A DNA stretch of 63,873 nucleotides, the filler included. It is 5 parts of 5 records of this genome, joined end to end, with 100 filler letters (N's around TTAATTAATTAA, not from the genome) between each part and the next. Parts side by side here need not be neighbours in the genome. Positions count along the whole stretch, not along the records: positions 40,091 to 58,695 come from DRR723986_26391; positions 58,796 to 63,873 come from DRR723986_26719; 3 more parts are not named here. One strand, given 5' to 3'. Of the stretch, positions 48,901 to 60,341 are shown in pieces (position 1 is the first letter of the stretch; every line of letters starts with the position of its first letter). The position numbers and the translations under genes are program-made. The notes under the pieces are model-generated. The model made no database searches. It had not been told where the DNA came from and saw only the letters and a program-made list of their open reading frames with translations.

Positions 48901-50255
48901 TGAATTCCAAGTCTGTGTAAAGTTGGAGCACGGTTTAGTAATACTGGATGACCTTTAAGGACATTCTCTAAAATATCCCAAACTACGGGCTCTTTTCTAT
49001 CTATAATTTTCTTTGCAGATTTTACAGTTTTTACAATACCTCTTTCTATTAATTTTCTAATAATAAAAGGCTTGTAAAGTTCTGCTGCCATACCTTTTGG
49101 CAATCCACATTCAAATAATTTTAATTCAGGTCCTACAACAATTACAGAACGTGCAGAATAATCAACACGCTTACCAAGTAAGTTCTGACGGAAACGTCCT
49201 TGCTTACCTTTAAGTGAATCTGACAACGATTTTAATGGTCTGTTAGAGTCAGTTTTTACTGCAGATGATTTACGCGTGTTATCAAATAATGAATCTACAG
49301 ATTCTTGTAACATACGTTTCTCATTACGCAAAATAACCTCAGGTGCCTTTATCTCAACAAGTCTCTTTAGACGGTTGTTACGGATAATAACACGACGATA
49401 TAAATCATTTAAATCTGATGTTGCAAAACGACCACCATCTAAAGGCACTAAAGGTCTTAATTCTGGTGGAATTACCGGAACAGCCTTCATAATCATCCAC
49501 TCTGGTCTGTTCTCTCTATTTTTATTAGAATCTCTAAACGCTTCTACTACCTGTAAACGTTTAAGAGCTTCTGTTTTACGTTGTTTAGATGTTTCGTTAT
49601 TCGCTTTGTGTCTTAAATCATATGATAATTGATCTAAATCAATTCTTGCTAATAAATCTATTAAACATTCAGCACCCATTTTTGCTATAAACTTATTAGG
49701 ATCTGAATCTTCTAAGTATTGATTTTCTTGAGGTAGTGTTTCAAGAATATTTAAGTATTCCTCTTCAGTTAAGAAATCCATTTTCTGAACTGGTTCACCT
49801 TCAGCGTTTACGGCAGTACCAGGTTGAATAACCACATAACGCTCGTAATAGATTATCATATCTAATTTCTTAGATGGTAATCCCAAAAGGTAACCAATCT
49901 TGTTCGGTAACGAACGGAAATACCAGATATGAGCTACAGGTACAACTAAATTGATATGACCTACTCTATCTCTACGTACTTTTTTCTCTGTTACCTCAAC
50001 TCCACAACGATCACATACAATACCTTTGTAACGAATTCTTTTATACTTTCCACAAGCACATTCAAAATCCTTTACAGGACCAAAAATACGCTCACAAAAT
50101 AAACCATCTCGTTCAGGTTTGTGTGTTCTATAATTAATAGTTTCTGGCTTTAATACTTCACCACGTGATGCTGCTAAAACAGATTCAGGTGATGATAAAC
50201 CGATAGAAATTTTATTAAACTTCTGTACTGTATTTTTATCTTGTCTTCTTGCCAT
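45954..50255 (-). CDS. rpoC: RNA polymerase beta' subunit
   Basis: NADFDGD catalytic motif, zinc finger, full length. Confidence 0.99.
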   Translation of the reverse strand: MARRQDKNTVQKFNKISIGLSSPESVLAASRGEVLKPETINYRTHKPERDGLFCERIFGPVKDFECACGKYKRIRYKGIVCDRCGVEVTEKKVRRDRVGHINLVVPVAHIWYFRSLPNKIGYLLGLPSKKLDMIIYYERYVVIQPGTAVNAEGEPVQKMDFLTEEEYLNILETLPQENQYLEDSDPNKFIAKMGAECLIDLLARIDLDQLSYDLRHKANNETSKQRKTEALKRLQVVEAFRDSNKNRENRPEWMIMKAVPVIPPELRPLVPLDGGRFATSDLNDLYRRVIIRNNRLKRLVEIKAPEVILRNEKRMLQESVDSLFDNTRKSSAVKTDSNRPLKSLSDSLKGKQGRFRQNLLGKRVDYSARSVIVVGPELKLFECGLPKGMAAELYKPFIIRKLIERGIVKTVKSAKKIIDRKEPVVWDILENVLKGHPVLLNRAPTLHRLGIQAFQPKLIEGKAIQLHPLVCTAFNADFDGDQMAVHLPLGPEAILEAQLLMLASHNILNPANGSPVTVPSQDMVLGLYYMTKLRKTDKDFTVKGEGLTFYSPEEVTIAYNEKKVDLNAGIKVRTKDFNEEGELTTQIIETTVGRVLFNEKVPEAAGYINEVLTKKSLRDIIHGILKVTSVPETAEFLDEIKTLGYKFAFQGGLSFSLGDIIIPQEKHTMIDAANKQVDGIMGNYNMGLITNNERYNQVIDIWTSTNAELTELSMKRIREDQQGFNSVFMMLDSGARGSKEQIRQLTGMRGLMAKPKKSNAGGGEIIENPILSNFKEGLSILEYFISTHGARKGLADTALKTADAGYLTRRLVDVSQDVIVYEEDCGTLRGIEVSALKKNEEIVEKLEDRIVGRTSLNDVYNPLTEELLVEAGGHINDAIAKQIGDSPIESIEVRSPLTCEAKKGICVKCYGRNLATGKMVQRGEAVGVVAAQSIGEPGTQLTLRTFHVGGIAGNISEENKLTVKFDGVAEIEDLKTVKSKDNEGKEVDVVISRTSELKLVDAKTGIVLSTNNIPYGSHIFVKPGAKVKKGDVICQWDPYNGVIISEFAGKVKYENIEQGITYQVEIDEQTGFQEKVISESRNKKLIPTLLIEDKKGETIRSYNLPVGAHIMIDDGEKIDIGKILVKIPRKSAKAGDITGGLPRVTELFEARNPSNPAVVSEIDGVVSFGKIKRGNREIIIESKLGEIKKYLVKLSNQILVQENDYVKAGMPLSDGSITPNDILNIKGPSAVQQYLVNEVQEVYRLQGVKINDKHFEVVVRQMMRKVRIIDSGDTIFLENQLVHKSDFIEENDKIFGMKVVEDAGDSENLKSGQIVSVRHLRDENSSLRREDKNLVTARDASPATATPILQGITRASLQTKSFISAASFQETTKVLNEAAVNGKVDTLEGLKENVIVGHRIPAGTGVRDYDNIIVGSKEEFDEMMKAKEEMNFN

Positions 50256-50322
50256 GTTAATTTTATATTCAGTTTGAAGATGTAACTCTAAAACTTTAAA
50301 GCTACATCTTACTCACCACAAT

Positions 50323-53300
50323 TTATTCTTCTAATCTAATATCTAAACCTAAACCTTTCAATTCGTGCATAAGTACGTTGAATGATTCTGGTAATCCTGG
50401 TTCTGGCATAGGCTCACCTTTTACGATAGCTTCGTAAGTTTTAGCTCTACCAATAACGTCATCTGATTTTACAGTTAAGATCTCACGTAAAGTACTTGAA
50501 GCACCATAAGCTTCAAGTGCCCATACCTCCATTTCACCAAAACGTTGACCACCAAACTGTGCTTTACCACCTAATGGTTGTTGTGTAATTAATGAGTAAG
50601 GTCCTATAGAACGTGCGTGCATTTTATCGTCAATCATATGACCAAGTTTAATCATATAGATTACACCAACTGTTGCAGCTTGATCAAATCTATCACCAGT
50701 ACCACCATCGTATAGATAAGTGTGACCGAATCTTGGAATACCAGCTTCATCTGTATACTCGTTAATCTGATCTAAAGTAGCTCCATCAAAAATAGGTGTT
50801 GCATACGTTCGACCTAAATCTTTACCAGCCCAACCTAATACAGTTTCATAAATCTGACCGATATTCATACGTGATGGTACACCTAGTGGATTTAATACTA
50901 TATCTACTGGAGTTCCATCTTCTAAGAAAGGCATATCTTCTTGACGAACGATACGTGCAACGATACCTTTGTTACCGTGACGACCTGCCATCTTATCTCC
51001 TACTTTTAGTTTACGTTTTTTAGCAATATAAACTTTAGCAAGTTTTATAATACCTGCAGGTAACTCATCACCAACAGAAATCGTAAACTTCTCTCTACGT
51101 AGTGATCCCTGAAGATCATTTTCTTTAATTTTATAGTTGTGAATTAAATCTGCAACTAACTCATTAGTATGATCATCAGTCGTCCATTTACCTGATGTTA
51201 AGTGCGTATAATCATCTACGGCATTTAACATTTTTAAAGTGTACTTCTTACCTTTTGGTATAATCTCTTCACCTAAATCATTATAGATACCTTGAGCCGT
51301 CTTACCATTTACAATTGCAAATAATTTTTCAACTAATACTGATTGTAAATCATCAAAGCGGTTATCGTATGCATTTTCAAGTGCTTCGATATCCTCTTTA
51401 TCCTGAGCTCTTTTGCGCTTATCCTTAACGGCTCTTGCAAATAACTTCTTATCAATTACTACACCATTTAATGATGGTGAAGCTTTTAATGACGCATCTT
51501 TAACATCACCTGCTTTATCACCAAATATAGCTCTAAGTAATTTTTCTTCTGGAGTTGGGTCAGATTCACCTTTTGGTGTAATCTTACCAATTAAAATATC
51601 GCCTGGCTTAATTTCTGCACCAATACGAATCATTCCATTTTCATCTAAATCTTTAGTCGCTTCTTCAGAAACGTTAGGAATATCATTGGTTAATTCTTCA
51701 TTACCTAATTTAGTATCTCTAACTTCTAATGAATACTCGTCTATATGAATAGATGTGAATATATCATCACGAACTACTTTTTCAGAAATTACAATGGCAT
51801 CCTCAAAGTTGTAACCCTTCCATGGCATAAATGCTACTTTCATGTTACGGCCTAAAGCTAATTCACCATTCTGAGTTGCATAACCTTCACAAAGAACTTG
51901 TCCTTTAGAAACCTTATCTCCTTTTTTAACAATAGGTTTAAGGTTTATAGACGTGCCTTGATTTGTTTTTCTAAACTTCACTAATGGATATTCTTTAACA
52001 TCACTGTCAAAGCTAACCATAGCCTCTTCTTCTGTACGTTCGTATTTTATTACTATTTTTTCTGCATCTACATACTCTACTACACCAGCTCCTTCTGCAT
52101 TTATTAATACTCTAGAATCTGAAGCTACCTGACGTTCTAATCCTGTTCCTACAATTGGAGCTTCAGGTCTTAATAATGGTACTGCCTGACGCATCATGTT
52201 AGATCCCATTAACGCACGGTTAGCATCATCATGCTCTAAGAATGGAATTAAAGATGCTGAAATTGATGCAATCTGATTAGGCGCAACGTCTGTATAATTT
52301 ACATTAGAAGGCTCAATAACAGGGAAATCACCCTCTTGTCTTGCAATTATCTTTTCTGGTTGAATTTTACCTTTACCATCAACCTCAATAGTTGCCTGAG
52401 CAATTAACATATCTTCTTCCTCTTCTGCACTTAGATATGTTGGTGCATTCTTAATATCTACTACACCTTTTTCTACTTTTCTATATGGAGTTTCAATGAA
52501 TCCCATAGAATTCACCTTTGCGAAAACAGATAAAGAAGAAATTAAACCAATATTTGGTCCTTCTGGTGTTTCAATAGGACATAAACGACCGTAATGCGTA
52601 TAGTGAACATCACGAACCTCAAAACCTGCTCTTTCTCTCGATAAACCACCAGGTCCTAAAGCAGACAAACGACGTTTGTGAGTAATCTCTGCTAATGGAT
52701 TGGTTTGATCCATAAATTGAGATAACTGATTTGTTCCAAAGAATGAATTAATTACAGACGATAAAGTCTTAGCATTAATTAAATCTATTGGAGTAAATAC
52801 TTCGTTATCACGAACATTCATTCTTTCGCGAATTGTTCGTGCCATACGAGCTAAACCAACACCAAACTGTGATGATAATTGCTCACCAACTGTACGTACA
52901 CGACGGTTTGATAAGTGATCAATATCATCAATCTCTGCCTTAGAGTTAATTAACTCAATTAAATATTTGATAATGGTTATGATATCTTCTTTGGTAAGTA
53001 CTTGCTTATCCATTCCGATATCTAAACCTAACTTTTTGTTCATTCTATAACGACCTACTTCTCCTAAAGAGTAACGTTGGTCAGAAAAGAATAACTTGTC
53101 AATTATACCACGCGCTGTCTCCTCATCTGGCGGCTCAGCATTACGTAATTGACGATAGATATGTTCAACAGCTTCTTTTTCAGAATTTGTTGGATCTTTC
53201 TGTAATGTATTATGAATAATTGCGTAATCTCCTTGTTGAGCACTTTCTTTGTGTAATAAAATTGTTTTTACACCTGCTTCAAGAATTTCTTCAATATTTT

Positions 53301-54135
53301 CTTTGTCTATTATTGTATCACGATCTAATACAATTTCATTTCTTTCAATAGATACAACTTCTCCAGTATCTTCATCTACGAAATCTTCATGCCATGTGTT
53401 AAGTACACGAGCTGCTAGTTTACGACCAATAACTTTCTTTAATCCTGATTTAGAAACTTTTACTTCTTCAGCGAGATCAAATATTTCTAAAATATCTTTA
53501 TCACGTTCAAATCCGATAGCACGGAAAAGTGTTGTTACAGGTAACTTTTTCTTTCTATCAATGTAAGCGTACATTACGCTATTAATATCTGTTGCAAATT
53601 CTATCCAAGATCCTTTGAAAGGAATTACTCTGGCAGAATATAATTTTGTTCCATTAGCATGGAATGACTGGCTAAAAAATACACCAGGTGATCTATGTAA
53701 TTGTGATACCACTACACGCTCAGCACCATTGATACAAAATGTACCACTAGGTGTCATGTAAGGTATAGTTCCTAAATACACATCTTGAACGATTGTCTCA
53801 AAATCCTCATGTTCAGGATCTGTACAATACAATTTCAATCTGGCTTTTAAGGGCACACTGTATGTTAATCCTCTTTCAATACACTCTTCTATAGAATATC
53901 TTGGCGGATCAATGAAGTAATCTAAAAATTCTAATACGAATTGATTACGGGTGTCTGTAATTGGGAAGTTCTCCATGAAGGTGTTGTATAAACCTTCTGC
54001 TCCTCTTTCTTCTGACTTTGTTTCTAATTGGAAAAAATCCTGGAAGGATTTTATTTGGATATCCAAAAAGTCTGGGTAATCTGTCCTATTTACAATAGAA
54101 GAGAAATTAATTCTTTCAGCCTTTTTTGCTAACAT
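50323..54135 (-). CDS. rpoB: RNA polymerase beta subunit
   Basis: [31 protein letters not shown]. Confidence 0.99.
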   Translation of the reverse strand: MLAKKAERINFSSIVNRTDYPDFLDIQIKSFQDFFQLETKSEERGAEGLYNTFMENFPITDTRNQFVLEFLDYFIDPPRYSIEECIERGLTYSVPLKARLKLYCTDPEHEDFETIVQDVYLGTIPYMTPSGTFCINGAERVVVSQLHRSPGVFFSQSFHANGTKLYSARVIPFKGSWIEFATDINSVMYAYIDRKKKLPVTTLFRAIGFERDKDILEIFDLAEEVKVSKSGLKKVIGRKLAARVLNTWHEDFVDEDTGEVVSIERNEIVLDRDTIIDKENIEEILEAGVKTILLHKESAQQGDYAIIHNTLQKDPTNSEKEAVEHIYRQLRNAEPPDEETARGIIDKLFFSDQRYSLGEVGRYRMNKKLGLDIGMDKQVLTKEDIITIIKYLIELINSKAEIDDIDHLSNRRVRTVGEQLSSQFGVGLARMARTIRERMNVRDNEVFTPIDLINAKTLSSVINSFFGTNQLSQFMDQTNPLAEITHKRRLSALGPGGLSRERAGFEVRDVHYTHYGRLCPIETPEGPNIGLISSLSVFAKVNSMGFIETPYRKVEKGVVDIKNAPTYLSAEEEEDMLIAQATIEVDGKGKIQPEKIIARQEGDFPVIEPSNVNYTDVAPNQIASISASLIPFLEHDDANRALMGSNMMRQAVPLLRPEAPIVGTGLERQVASDSRVLINAEGAGVVEYVDAEKIVIKYERTEEEAMVSFDSDVKEYPLVKFRKTNQGTSINLKPIVKKGDKVSKGQVLCEGYATQNGELALGRNMKVAFMPWKGYNFEDAIVISEKVVRDDIFTSIHIDEYSLEVRDTKLGNEELTNDIPNVSEEATKDLDENGMIRIGAEIKPGDILIGKITPKGESDPTPEEKLLRAIFGDKAGDVKDASLKASPSLNGVVIDKKLFARAVKDKRKRAQDKEDIEALENAYDNRFDDLQSVLVEKLFAIVNGKTAQGIYNDLGEEIIPKGKKYTLKMLNAVDDYTHLTSGKWTTDDHTNELVADLIHNYKIKENDLQGSLRREKFTISVGDELPAGIIKLAKVYIAKKRKLKVGDKMAGRHGNKGIVARIVRQEDMPFLEDGTPVDIVLNPLGVPSRMNIGQIYETVLGWAGKDLGRTYATPIFDGATLDQINEYTDEAGIPRFGHTYLYDGGTGDRFDQAATVGVIYMIKLGHMIDDKMHARSIGPYSLITQQPLGGKAQFGGQRFGEMEVWALEAYGASSTLREILTVKSDDVIGRAKTYEAIVKGEPMPEPGLPESFNVLMHELKGLGLDIRLEE

Positions 54136-54194
54136 TGATGAACGAGATTTTTATTAAATAAAAACTAAAATATGTATATAACGTTTATATACAC

Positions 54195-54235
54195 AAAAGG
54201 GTTTAGGTCTTAGAGGGACACTCCAGACCTAAACC
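54195..54235 (-). terminator. terminator/attenuator between rplL and rpoB
   Basis: GGTTTAGGTCT...AGACCTAAACC stem followed by CTTTT on the minus strand. Confidence 0.7.
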
Positions 54236-54258
54236 ATATGTTGTAGGTTAAGCTGAGC

Positions 54259-54636
54259 TTACTTAAGCTCAACCTCAGCTCCAGCTTCTTCTAAAGAAGA
54301 TTTTAAGCCTTCAGCTTCATCTTTAGATACACCTTCTTTAATTGTACTTGGTGCATCATCTACTAAACCTTTAGCATCTTTTAATCCTAAACCAGTTAAT
54401 TCCTTAACTAATTTTACAACTGCAAGCTTAGAGCCACCTGCCGCTTTAAGGATTACGTCGAATTCAGTTTGCTCTTCACCAGCGTCTCCACCAGCAGCAG
54501 CTCCACCAGCAGCAACAGCTACAGCTGCAGCAGCAGGCTCAATACCGTACTCGTCTTTTAATATGGTTGCTAATTCGTTAACTTCTTTTACTGTTAAGTT
54601 AACTAATTGTTCTGCGAAATCTTTTAAATCTGCCAT
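54259..54636 (-). CDS. rplL: 50S ribosomal protein L7/L12
   Basis: [30 protein letters not shown]. Confidence 0.99.
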   Translation of the reverse strand: MADLKDFAEQLVNLTVKEVNELATILKDEYGIEPAAAAVAVAAGGAAAGGDAGEEQTEFDVILKAAGGSKLAVVKLVKELTGLGLKDAKGLVDDAPSTIKEGVSKDEAEGLKSSLEEAGAEVELK

Positions 54637-54692
54637 TTTCTATTGTTTTAATGTGTGTGTTTTATTTAATTTTCTATGTGTGTACTAGTTAA

Positions 54693-55214
54693 TTATCCTT
54701 CTCTTTCGGATAATGTTTTTACAATACCAGCAATTGTTCCTCCACTCGATTTAAGTGCTAAAATAACATTCTTAGCAGGAGATTGTAATAATGTAATAAT
54801 CTCTCCAAGAAGTTCTTCTTTAGACTTAATATCTACAAGTGTGTCTAATAAATCATCTCCAACGTAAATTGCTTCTTCTATGAATGCACCTTTTAATAAA
54901 GGCTTTTCAGATTTTTTACGAAACTCTTTAATTACTTTTGCTGGAGCATTACCCGTTTCGGAATACATTACTGATGTATTTCCTTTTAAAGTTCCTGGTA
55001 ACTCACCGAAATCTTTATCCGATGCTTCCATTGCTTTCTCTAAAAGTGTATTCTTAACAACAGCTAACTTTATGTTAGACTTGAAACATGCTCTTCTTAA
55101 TTTTGAAGTCGTCGCTGCATCTAATCCAGAAATATCAGTTAAATAGATATTTGTATTATCTGCTAATTGAGCAGTTAACTCTTCAATTACTTGGGATTTT
55201 TCTTCTCTTGTCAT
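54693..55214 (-). CDS. rplJ: 50S ribosomal protein L10
   Basis: VVKNTL motif; position in the cluster. Confidence 0.98.
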   Translation of the reverse strand: MTREEKSQVIEELTAQLADNTNIYLTDISGLDAATTSKLRRACFKSNIKLAVVKNTLLEKAMEASDKDFGELPGTLKGNTSVMYSETGNAPAKVIKEFRKKSEKPLLKGAFIEEAIYVGDDLLDTLVDIKSKEELLGEIITLLQSPAKNVILALKSSGGTIAGIVKTLSEREG

Positions 55215-55233
55215 AATATTCTAAGTTTAACTA

Positions 55234-55923
55234 CTATCCTATTTTTGTATCAATTGCGATACTTGGACTCATGGTACTTGACATATAAATGCTTTTAACA
55301 TAAGTTCCTTTAGCTGCAGTTGGTTTTAACTTCATAATTGTAGACAATAATTCTTGTGCATTACCAACAATCTTATCAGCACTAAATGATGCTTTACCTA
55401 TTGGAGCATGTACAATACCTGTCTTATCTACTTTAAAATCTATCTTACCAGCCTTAACTTCTGATACAGCTTTTGCTACATCCATTGTTACAGTACCTGT
55501 TTTAGGGTTTGGCATAAGGCCTCTTGGTCCTAATACTCTACCTAATGGTCCTAACTTACCCATGATGCTTGGCATTGTAACGATAACGTCAACGTCTGTC
55601 CAACCATCTTTTATTTTTTGTAAGTATTCATCTAACCCAACATAATCAGCACCAGCTTCTTTAGCTTCTGCTTCTTTATCTGGAGTTACTAACGCAAGAA
55701 CCTTCATATCTTTACCTGTACCGTGTGGTAAAGAAACAACACCACGAACCATTTGATTGGCTTTACGTGGGTCTACACCTAATCTGATTGCCAAATCTAC
55801 TGAAGCATCAAATTTTGTAAATGTTATTTCTTTTAGTAAAGCTGAAGCTTCTTCTAAAGAGTAAATTTTGTTTTTATCAACCTTTGCTCTTGCTTCTTTT
55901 TGCTTCTTTGTTAATCTTGCCAT
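55234..55923 (-). CDS. rplA: 50S ribosomal protein L1
   Basis: MARLTKK start; [16 protein letters not shown]. Confidence 0.99.
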   Translation of the reverse strand: MARLTKKQKEARAKVDKNKIYSLEEASALLKEITFTKFDASVDLAIRLGVDPRKANQMVRGVVSLPHGTGKDMKVLALVTPDKEAEAKEAGADYVGLDEYLQKIKDGWTDVDVIVTMPSIMGKLGPLGRVLGPRGLMPNPKTGTVTMDVAKAVSEVKAGKIDFKVDKTGIVHAPIGKASFSADKIVGNAQELLSTIMKLKPTAAKGTYVKSIYMSSTMSPSIAIDTKIG

Positions 55924-55933
55924 TTCTAAAAAT

Positions 55934-56374
55934 TTAGTTTGGAGCTTCACCTCCTTTTACGGTGATACCCATCGATCTTGCTGTACCAGCTACCATTTTC
56001 ATAGCTGATTCGATCTCAAATGCATTTAAATCTTGCATTTTGTCTTCAGCAATCGCTTTAACTTGATCCCAAGTTACTTTTGCTACTTTACGTCGGTTAG
56101 GTTCTCCAGATCCTTTCTTTACTTTGGCCGCTTCTAATAATTGTACTGCTGCTGGTGGAGTCTTGATTACAAATTCAAATGATTTGTCTTTGTAAACAGA
56201 AATTACCACAGGTAATACTTTACCTGGTTTATCTTGGGTTCTAGCATTAAACTGCTTACAGAACTCCATGATATTAACTCCAGCGGCACCTAAAGCGGGT
56301 CCAACCGGTGGCGATGGATTCGCTGCACCTCCCCGAACTTGTAACTTAACTACTTTGTCTAGTTCTTTTGCCAT
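55934..56374 (-). CDS. rplK: 50S ribosomal protein L11
   Basis: [21 protein letters not shown]. Confidence 0.99.
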   Translation of the reverse strand: MAKELDKVVKLQVRGGAANPSPPVGPALGAAGVNIMEFCKQFNARTQDKPGKVLPVVISVYKDKSFEFVIKTPPAAVQLLEAAKVKKGSGEPNRRKVAKVTWDQVKAIAEDKMQDLNAFEIESAMKMVAGTARSMGITVKGGEAPN

Positions 56375-56448
56375 TTTCTAAAATTTAATGCGGTTGTCTA
56401 AAATTGGAAGCATAGACAATTACGCTCTCTCTTTAATTGTAACAATTA

Positions 56449-56994
56449 TTATAACTTTTCAACTTGCATATAACTTAATTCCAATGGTGTCTTTCTTCCG
56501 AAAATCTTAACCATTACTTCAAGCTTACGCTTTTCTTCGTTTATCTTTTCTATAGTTCCATCAAATCCATTGAATGGACCATCAATAACTTTTACTGTTT
56601 CACCTTTTGTAAATGGTATAGCTACGTTTGCGTCTGCTTCTATAGCTAATTCATCTACCTTACCTAACATTCTGTTAACTTCAGATTGTCTTAATGGCAC
56701 AGGATCACCACCTTTTGTCTCACCTAAGAAACCAATTACATTAGTAATTGATTTAATGATGTGAGGAATCTCACCACTTAAATTGGCTTGAATCATAATA
56801 TATCCTGGGAAATAAACTTTTTCTTTGTTTATTTTTTTCCCATTTCGTATTTGAATAACTTTTTCTGTTGGAACTAAAACCTGATCAACATAATCCTCTA
56901 AACCTAATCTTGAAATTTCATTCTCGATATAAGTTTTGATTTTATTTTCTTGACCACTTACGGCTCTAACAACATACCATTTTTTATCAGACAT
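56449..56994 (-). CDS. nusG: transcription factor NusG
   Basis: WYVVRAVSGQE, FPGY, KOW motif DGPFNGFDG, IFGRKTP. Confidence 0.99.
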   Translation of the reverse strand: MSDKKWYVVRAVSGQENKIKTYIENEISRLGLEDYVDQVLVPTEKVIQIRNGKKINKEKVYFPGYIMIQANLSGEIPHIIKSITNVIGFLGETKGGDPVPLRQSEVNRMLGKVDELAIEADANVAIPFTKGETVKVIDGPFNGFDGTIEKINEEKRKLEVMVKIFGRKTPLELSYMQVEKL

Positions 56995-57013
56995 CTTCGT
57001 TCTTGTATAATTG

Positions 57014-57208
57014 TTAGTTTAAAAAATCAAAATATGCTTTCACTGCTCTACTAAAGACAGTATCTACACCCCAAATAGCTAATGAAAAAATAATTGAGAA
57101 CACAGCTACAATCACTGTTAATCTTTGAGCCTCTGGCCAAGGTGTCCATGACACATTGTTTTTTAACTCTTCGAACGACTCTTTTATGTATGATATTAAT
57201 CCTGCCAT
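57014..57208 (-). CDS. secE: preprotein translocase SecE
   Basis: EELKNNVSWT plus one TM helix; between tRNA-Trp and nusG. Confidence 0.95.
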   Translation of the reverse strand: MAGLISYIKESFEELKNNVSWTPWPEAQRLTVIVAVFSIIFSLAIWGVDTVFSRAVKAYFDFLN

Positions 57209-57251
57209 TTGTTATTATTTTTAAGCTATTATTTCAGCTCATTCTACTTTG

Positions 57252-57324
57252 CACGGGTTGAGAGACTCGAACTCCCGACACCTGGTTTTGGAGACCAGTG
57301 CTCTACCAACTGAGCTAAACCCGT
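57252..57324 (-). tRNA. trnW: tRNA-Trp(CCA)
   Basis: ACGGGTTTAGCTCAGTTGGTAGAGCACTGGTCTCCAAAACCAGGTGTCGGGAGTTCGAGTCTCTCAACCCGTG cloverleaf. Confidence 0.97.
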
Positions 57325-57388
57325 AAATAATAATCAAGGCATCCCGATATTTCGGGACACCTTAATCTATTATTTAACTATAGTTTGT

Positions 57389-58576
57389 TTAGTCTAAAAT
57401 TTCAGTTACCTGACCAGCACCAACTGTTCTACCACCTTCACGGATAGCGAAACGTAAACCTACGTTCATTGCAATTGGTTGGATTAACTCAACAGTAATA
57501 GTTAAGTTATCACCAGGCATTACCATTTCAACTCCATCAGGAAGCGCAATGTTTCCTGTTACGTCAGTTGTACGAACGTAGAACTGAGGACGGTAGTTAT
57601 TATGGAATGGTGTGTGACGACCACCTTCTTCTTTCTTAAGGATATATACCTCGGCTTTAAATTTAGCGTGTGGTGTTACAGAACCCGGCTTAGTAATTAC
57701 CATACCTCTAGAGATTTGAGTCTTCTCAATACCTCTTAATAAGATACCAGCATTATCACCAGCTTCTCCTCTATCTAAAATTTGACGGAACATTTCAATA
57801 CCAGTAATTGTAGATGTTAATTTCTCAGCTCCCATACCGATAATCTCGACTGGATCTCCCGTGTTAGCTACACCAGTCTCTATACGACCAGTTGCAACAG
57901 TACCACGACCTGTAATTGAGAATACATCTTCAATTGGCATAAGGAAAGGCTTATCCATATCACGCACTGGCTCTTCAATCCAGCTATCAACAGCTTCCAT
58001 CAATTCCATTACTGTATCAACCCACTTTTGTTCACCATTTAAAGCACCCAAAGCAGAACCAGCGATTACAGGACCATTATCACCATCATATTCATAGAAT
58101 GATAATAAATCTCTGATTTCCATTTCAACTAATTCTAATAATTCTTCATCATCAACCATATCCACTTTATTCATGAATACAACGATGCGTGGAATACCTA
58201 CCTGACGACCAAGTAAGATGTGCTCACGAGTTTGTGGCATAGGACCATCTGTTGCAGCAACAACTAAGATAGCACCATCCATTTGAGCAGCACCAGTAAC
58301 CATGTTCTTTACGTAATCCGCGTGACCTGGGCAGTCAACGTGAGCGTAATGACGATTTGCTGTTGCATATTCTACGTGAGAAGTATTAATTGTTATACCT
58401 CTTTCTTTTTCTTCTGGTGCGTTGTCGATTTGATCGAAATCCTTCGCTTCAGATAAACCTGCATCAGCTAATACTTTAGTAATAGCAGCAGTTAAAGTTG
58501 TTTTACCGTGATCTACGTGTCCAATAGTACCAATGTTTAAATGTGGTTTTGAACGATCGAAAGTTGCCTTTGCCAT
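57389..58576 (-). CDS. tuf: elongation factor Tu
   Basis: [25 protein letters not shown]. Confidence 0.99.
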   Translation of the reverse strand: MAKATFDRSKPHLNIGTIGHVDHGKTTLTAAITKVLADAGLSEAKDFDQIDNAPEEKERGITINTSHVEYATANRHYAHVDCPGHADYVKNMVTGAAQMDGAILVVAATDGPMPQTREHILLGRQVGIPRIVVFMNKVDMVDDEELLELVEMEIRDLLSFYEYDGDNGPVIAGSALGALNGEQKWVDTVMELMEAVDSWIEEPVRDMDKPFLMPIEDVFSITGRGTVATGRIETGVANTGDPVEIIGMGAEKLTSTITGIEMFRQILDRGEAGDNAGILLRGIEKTQISRGMVITKPGSVTPHAKFKAEVYILKKEEGGRHTPFHNNYRPQFYVRTTDVTGNIALPDGVEMVMPGDNLTITVELIQPIAMNVGLRFAIREGGRTVGAGQVTEILD

Positions 58577-58643
58577 GTTTAATTTATTTAATCTTATTTA
58601 ATATTAGTGTTCAATTTTATTCTAAATTATTCTTAGAAAAAAG

Positions 58644-58695
58644 AGCCAATGACGAGATTTGAACTCGTGACCTCTTCCTTACCAAGGAAACGCTC
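58644..58695 (-). tRNA. trnT: tRNA-Thr(GGT), 5'-truncated
   Basis: TTTCC-TTGGTAA-GGAAG anticodon arm, ACGAG-TTCAAAT-CTCGT T-arm; upstream of tuf. Confidence 0.9.
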
Positions 58696-58795
58696 NNNNN
58701 NNNNNNNNNNNNNNNNNNNNNNNNNNNNNNNNNNNNNNNTTAATTAATTAANNNNNNNNNNNNNNNNNNNNNNNNNNNNNNNNNNNNNNNNNNNN
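58696..58795. other. artificial contig linker
   Basis: N44-TTAATTAATTAA-N44. Confidence 0.99.
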
Positions 58796-59011
58796 GCGAT
58801 ACGAGGTGATGCGCTTGTCGCCCTCCTCGCAGGCCGCTTCCAGCCCGACGACGACGGCCTCCTGCCCGATATAGAGATGGCAGAACCCGCCGATCAGCCC
58901 CATGCCGTAAAGCTGCCCGGCCTTTTCCTCGAACCGGCGGATCAGCAGCATGTCGCGATACCAGCCCAGAAGCGTATCGGCCGGGACATTGGACGTCTTG
59001 CGCGGCGCCAT
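58796..59011 (-). CDS. pdhA: pyruvate dehydrogenase E1 alpha, 3'-truncated
   Basis: MLLIRRFEEKAGQLYGMGLIGGFCHLYIGQEAV. Confidence 0.96.
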
Positions 59012-59197
59012 GGCCTCTCCTCCCCGGGAATGGTTTAGCGTTGAACGACCGTGCGACTCTACCGCGCGTCCGGTCTGCCGTAAAGCGGCCGAAAGATTGT
59101 TTCACGCTGCACCTGCGAAAGGTCCGGTTTATTTTCAGGCGGCGGAAACCCCTGCCGGAACCGGGCGTTCCCCGAGGCCAACTGCGATCTTTTATGA

Positions 59198-59596
59198 GTG
59201 AGTGATCCCATGGACGACGAGACGATCAAACTGATCCGCACAGACTTCAGCGACGACACGTCGTGGGAGGCGCTGGTGGACGTCGCGACCCGCGAGAACG
59301 CCATCGGCTTTGCCGGGGAATTCGACCTGATCGAGGACGAGGAACTGGAGGGCGCGGAGCCCTCGGATCTGGCCGAGCGCTTCGCCGACGACACGATCCT
59401 TCTGATCGCCGACGATCACGCCTTCAGCGACCAGACATGGCCGCTGCTGTGCTACGACACCGAGGGCGACCGAGAGTTCCGGGTCCCCGCCAAGGATGCG
59501 TGGAGCGTCGAAAGCAACCTCGGCACCGGGGCCATGGACTTCGAGGACATGCTGGGCATGACGGACGAGGACGGGGTTTTCGTGGTGCCGGCCTGA
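59198..59596 (+). CDS. highly acidic DUF6924-like protein
   Basis: LIRTDFSDDTSWEAL...FRVP...WSVESNL...MDFED...DEDGVF. Confidence 0.75.
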   Translation: MSDPMDDETIKLIRTDFSDDTSWEALVDVATRENAIGFAGEFDLIEDEELEGAEPSDLAERFADDTILLIADDHAFSDQTWPLLCYDTEGDREFRVPAKDAWSVESNLGTGAMDFEDMLGMTDEDGVFVVPA

Positions 59597-59665
59597 GACG
59601 GGGCGGGGCAGAGGGCCATCCCCATCGTCGCGGGCGCGCTCTCAGGTAGTACCGCGCCCGCACGC

Positions 59666-59847
59666 GGCCCGGTTCGTGCCGGGCCGGATGGTCGGGACCC
59701 TGCTCGGGTGCGATTGGGTCACAAGGAGCCGGGCAGGTTCCGGGCTGCATGGTCCGGACCTTGCGCGGCTCAGGTGACGTCGCAATCATCCGCCGAAAGA
59801 GGCCCGGTTCGTCCCGGGCCGGATGGTCCGCTCGCTGCGCGGGCGCG
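59666..59847. repeat. three REP-like hairpin repeats
   Basis: 28-nt cores at 59666, 59727 and 59801 (GGCCCGG-N6-CCGGGCC-GGATGGTC); copies 1 and 3 are 27/28 identical. Confidence 0.7.
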
Positions 59848-59848
59848 C

Positions 59849-60151
59849 TCAGTTGACGACGATCTCGTCCGCCCGCACGAGGCCCAGCACGTCCCGCGCC
59901 TGCTGGTCCAGCAGGTCGAGATCGAGGAACTCATCCGACAGACGGTGGGTCAGGTTCTCCATCCGGGCGACCTCTTGGTTGACGGCATCCAGTTCGCTCT
60001 TCAGCCGCTGCGCCTCGGACACGATCTCGGCGCGGCGGAACAGGCCGAAATCGCCCTGAACGGCGGCGAAGGTGAAATAGGCCGTCAGCGTCAGGGTCAG
60101 CGTGAAGAACACGAGAACGCCAAGGGTCGGGCGGGCTTTGCGGGTGGTCAT
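59849..60151 (-). CDS. ftsB: septum formation initiator FtsB/DivIC
   Basis: TM helix, AAVQGDFGLF, coiled coil, LDLDLLDQQARDVLGLVRADE; upstream of pdhA. Confidence 0.9.
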   Translation of the reverse strand: MTTRKARPTLGVLVFFTLTLTLTAYFTFAAVQGDFGLFRRAEIVSEAQRLKSELDAVNQEVARMENLTHRLSDEFLDLDLLDQQARDVLGLVRADEIVVN

Positions 60152-60341
60152 GTGTCGGGCCTCGGGTGCGCCTCTTGGATGGGCGCGTGCCCGCAGCCTG
60201 TCACGGTTGAGGGCAGAGCGAAAGAGGCTGCGAATCGCCCGGTGCCCACTTCGCCGCCAGCGTTGCATTCCTGCCAAACCCGGGCGCGCGCGTCAGGCCG
60301 AAACCTGTGGCAAAGCCCGCGGCGGGTTGTACTGTGTGGAT

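Noticed and set aside
45954..54135. rpoB and rpoC checked for inteins, fusions or frameshifts
   Set aside because: Lengths (1270 and 1433 aa) and motifs look ordinary for Flavobacteriaceae; no intein-like ends were seen.
40091..58695. Contig 4 begins and ends inside tRNA genes, suggesting an att-flanked element
   Set aside because: The content is essential core genes with no integrase, and the two fragments have different acceptor stems. Assembly breaks at conserved tRNA sequence are the simpler explanation.
13772..58795. Four copies of TTAATTAATTAA within N runs, and abrupt GC and taxon shifts resembling island boundaries
   Set aside because: These are identical 100-nt artificial linkers joining unrelated contigs. 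They are not att sites, repeats or evidence of horizontal transfer.
59666..59828. 28-nt palindromic repeats with 33- and 46-nt gaps as a mini-CRISPR array
   Set aside because: Gaps are unequal and partly similar to each other, the middle copy is the most diverged, there are no cas genes or AT-rich leader, and the ends do not resemble known CRISPR repeats.
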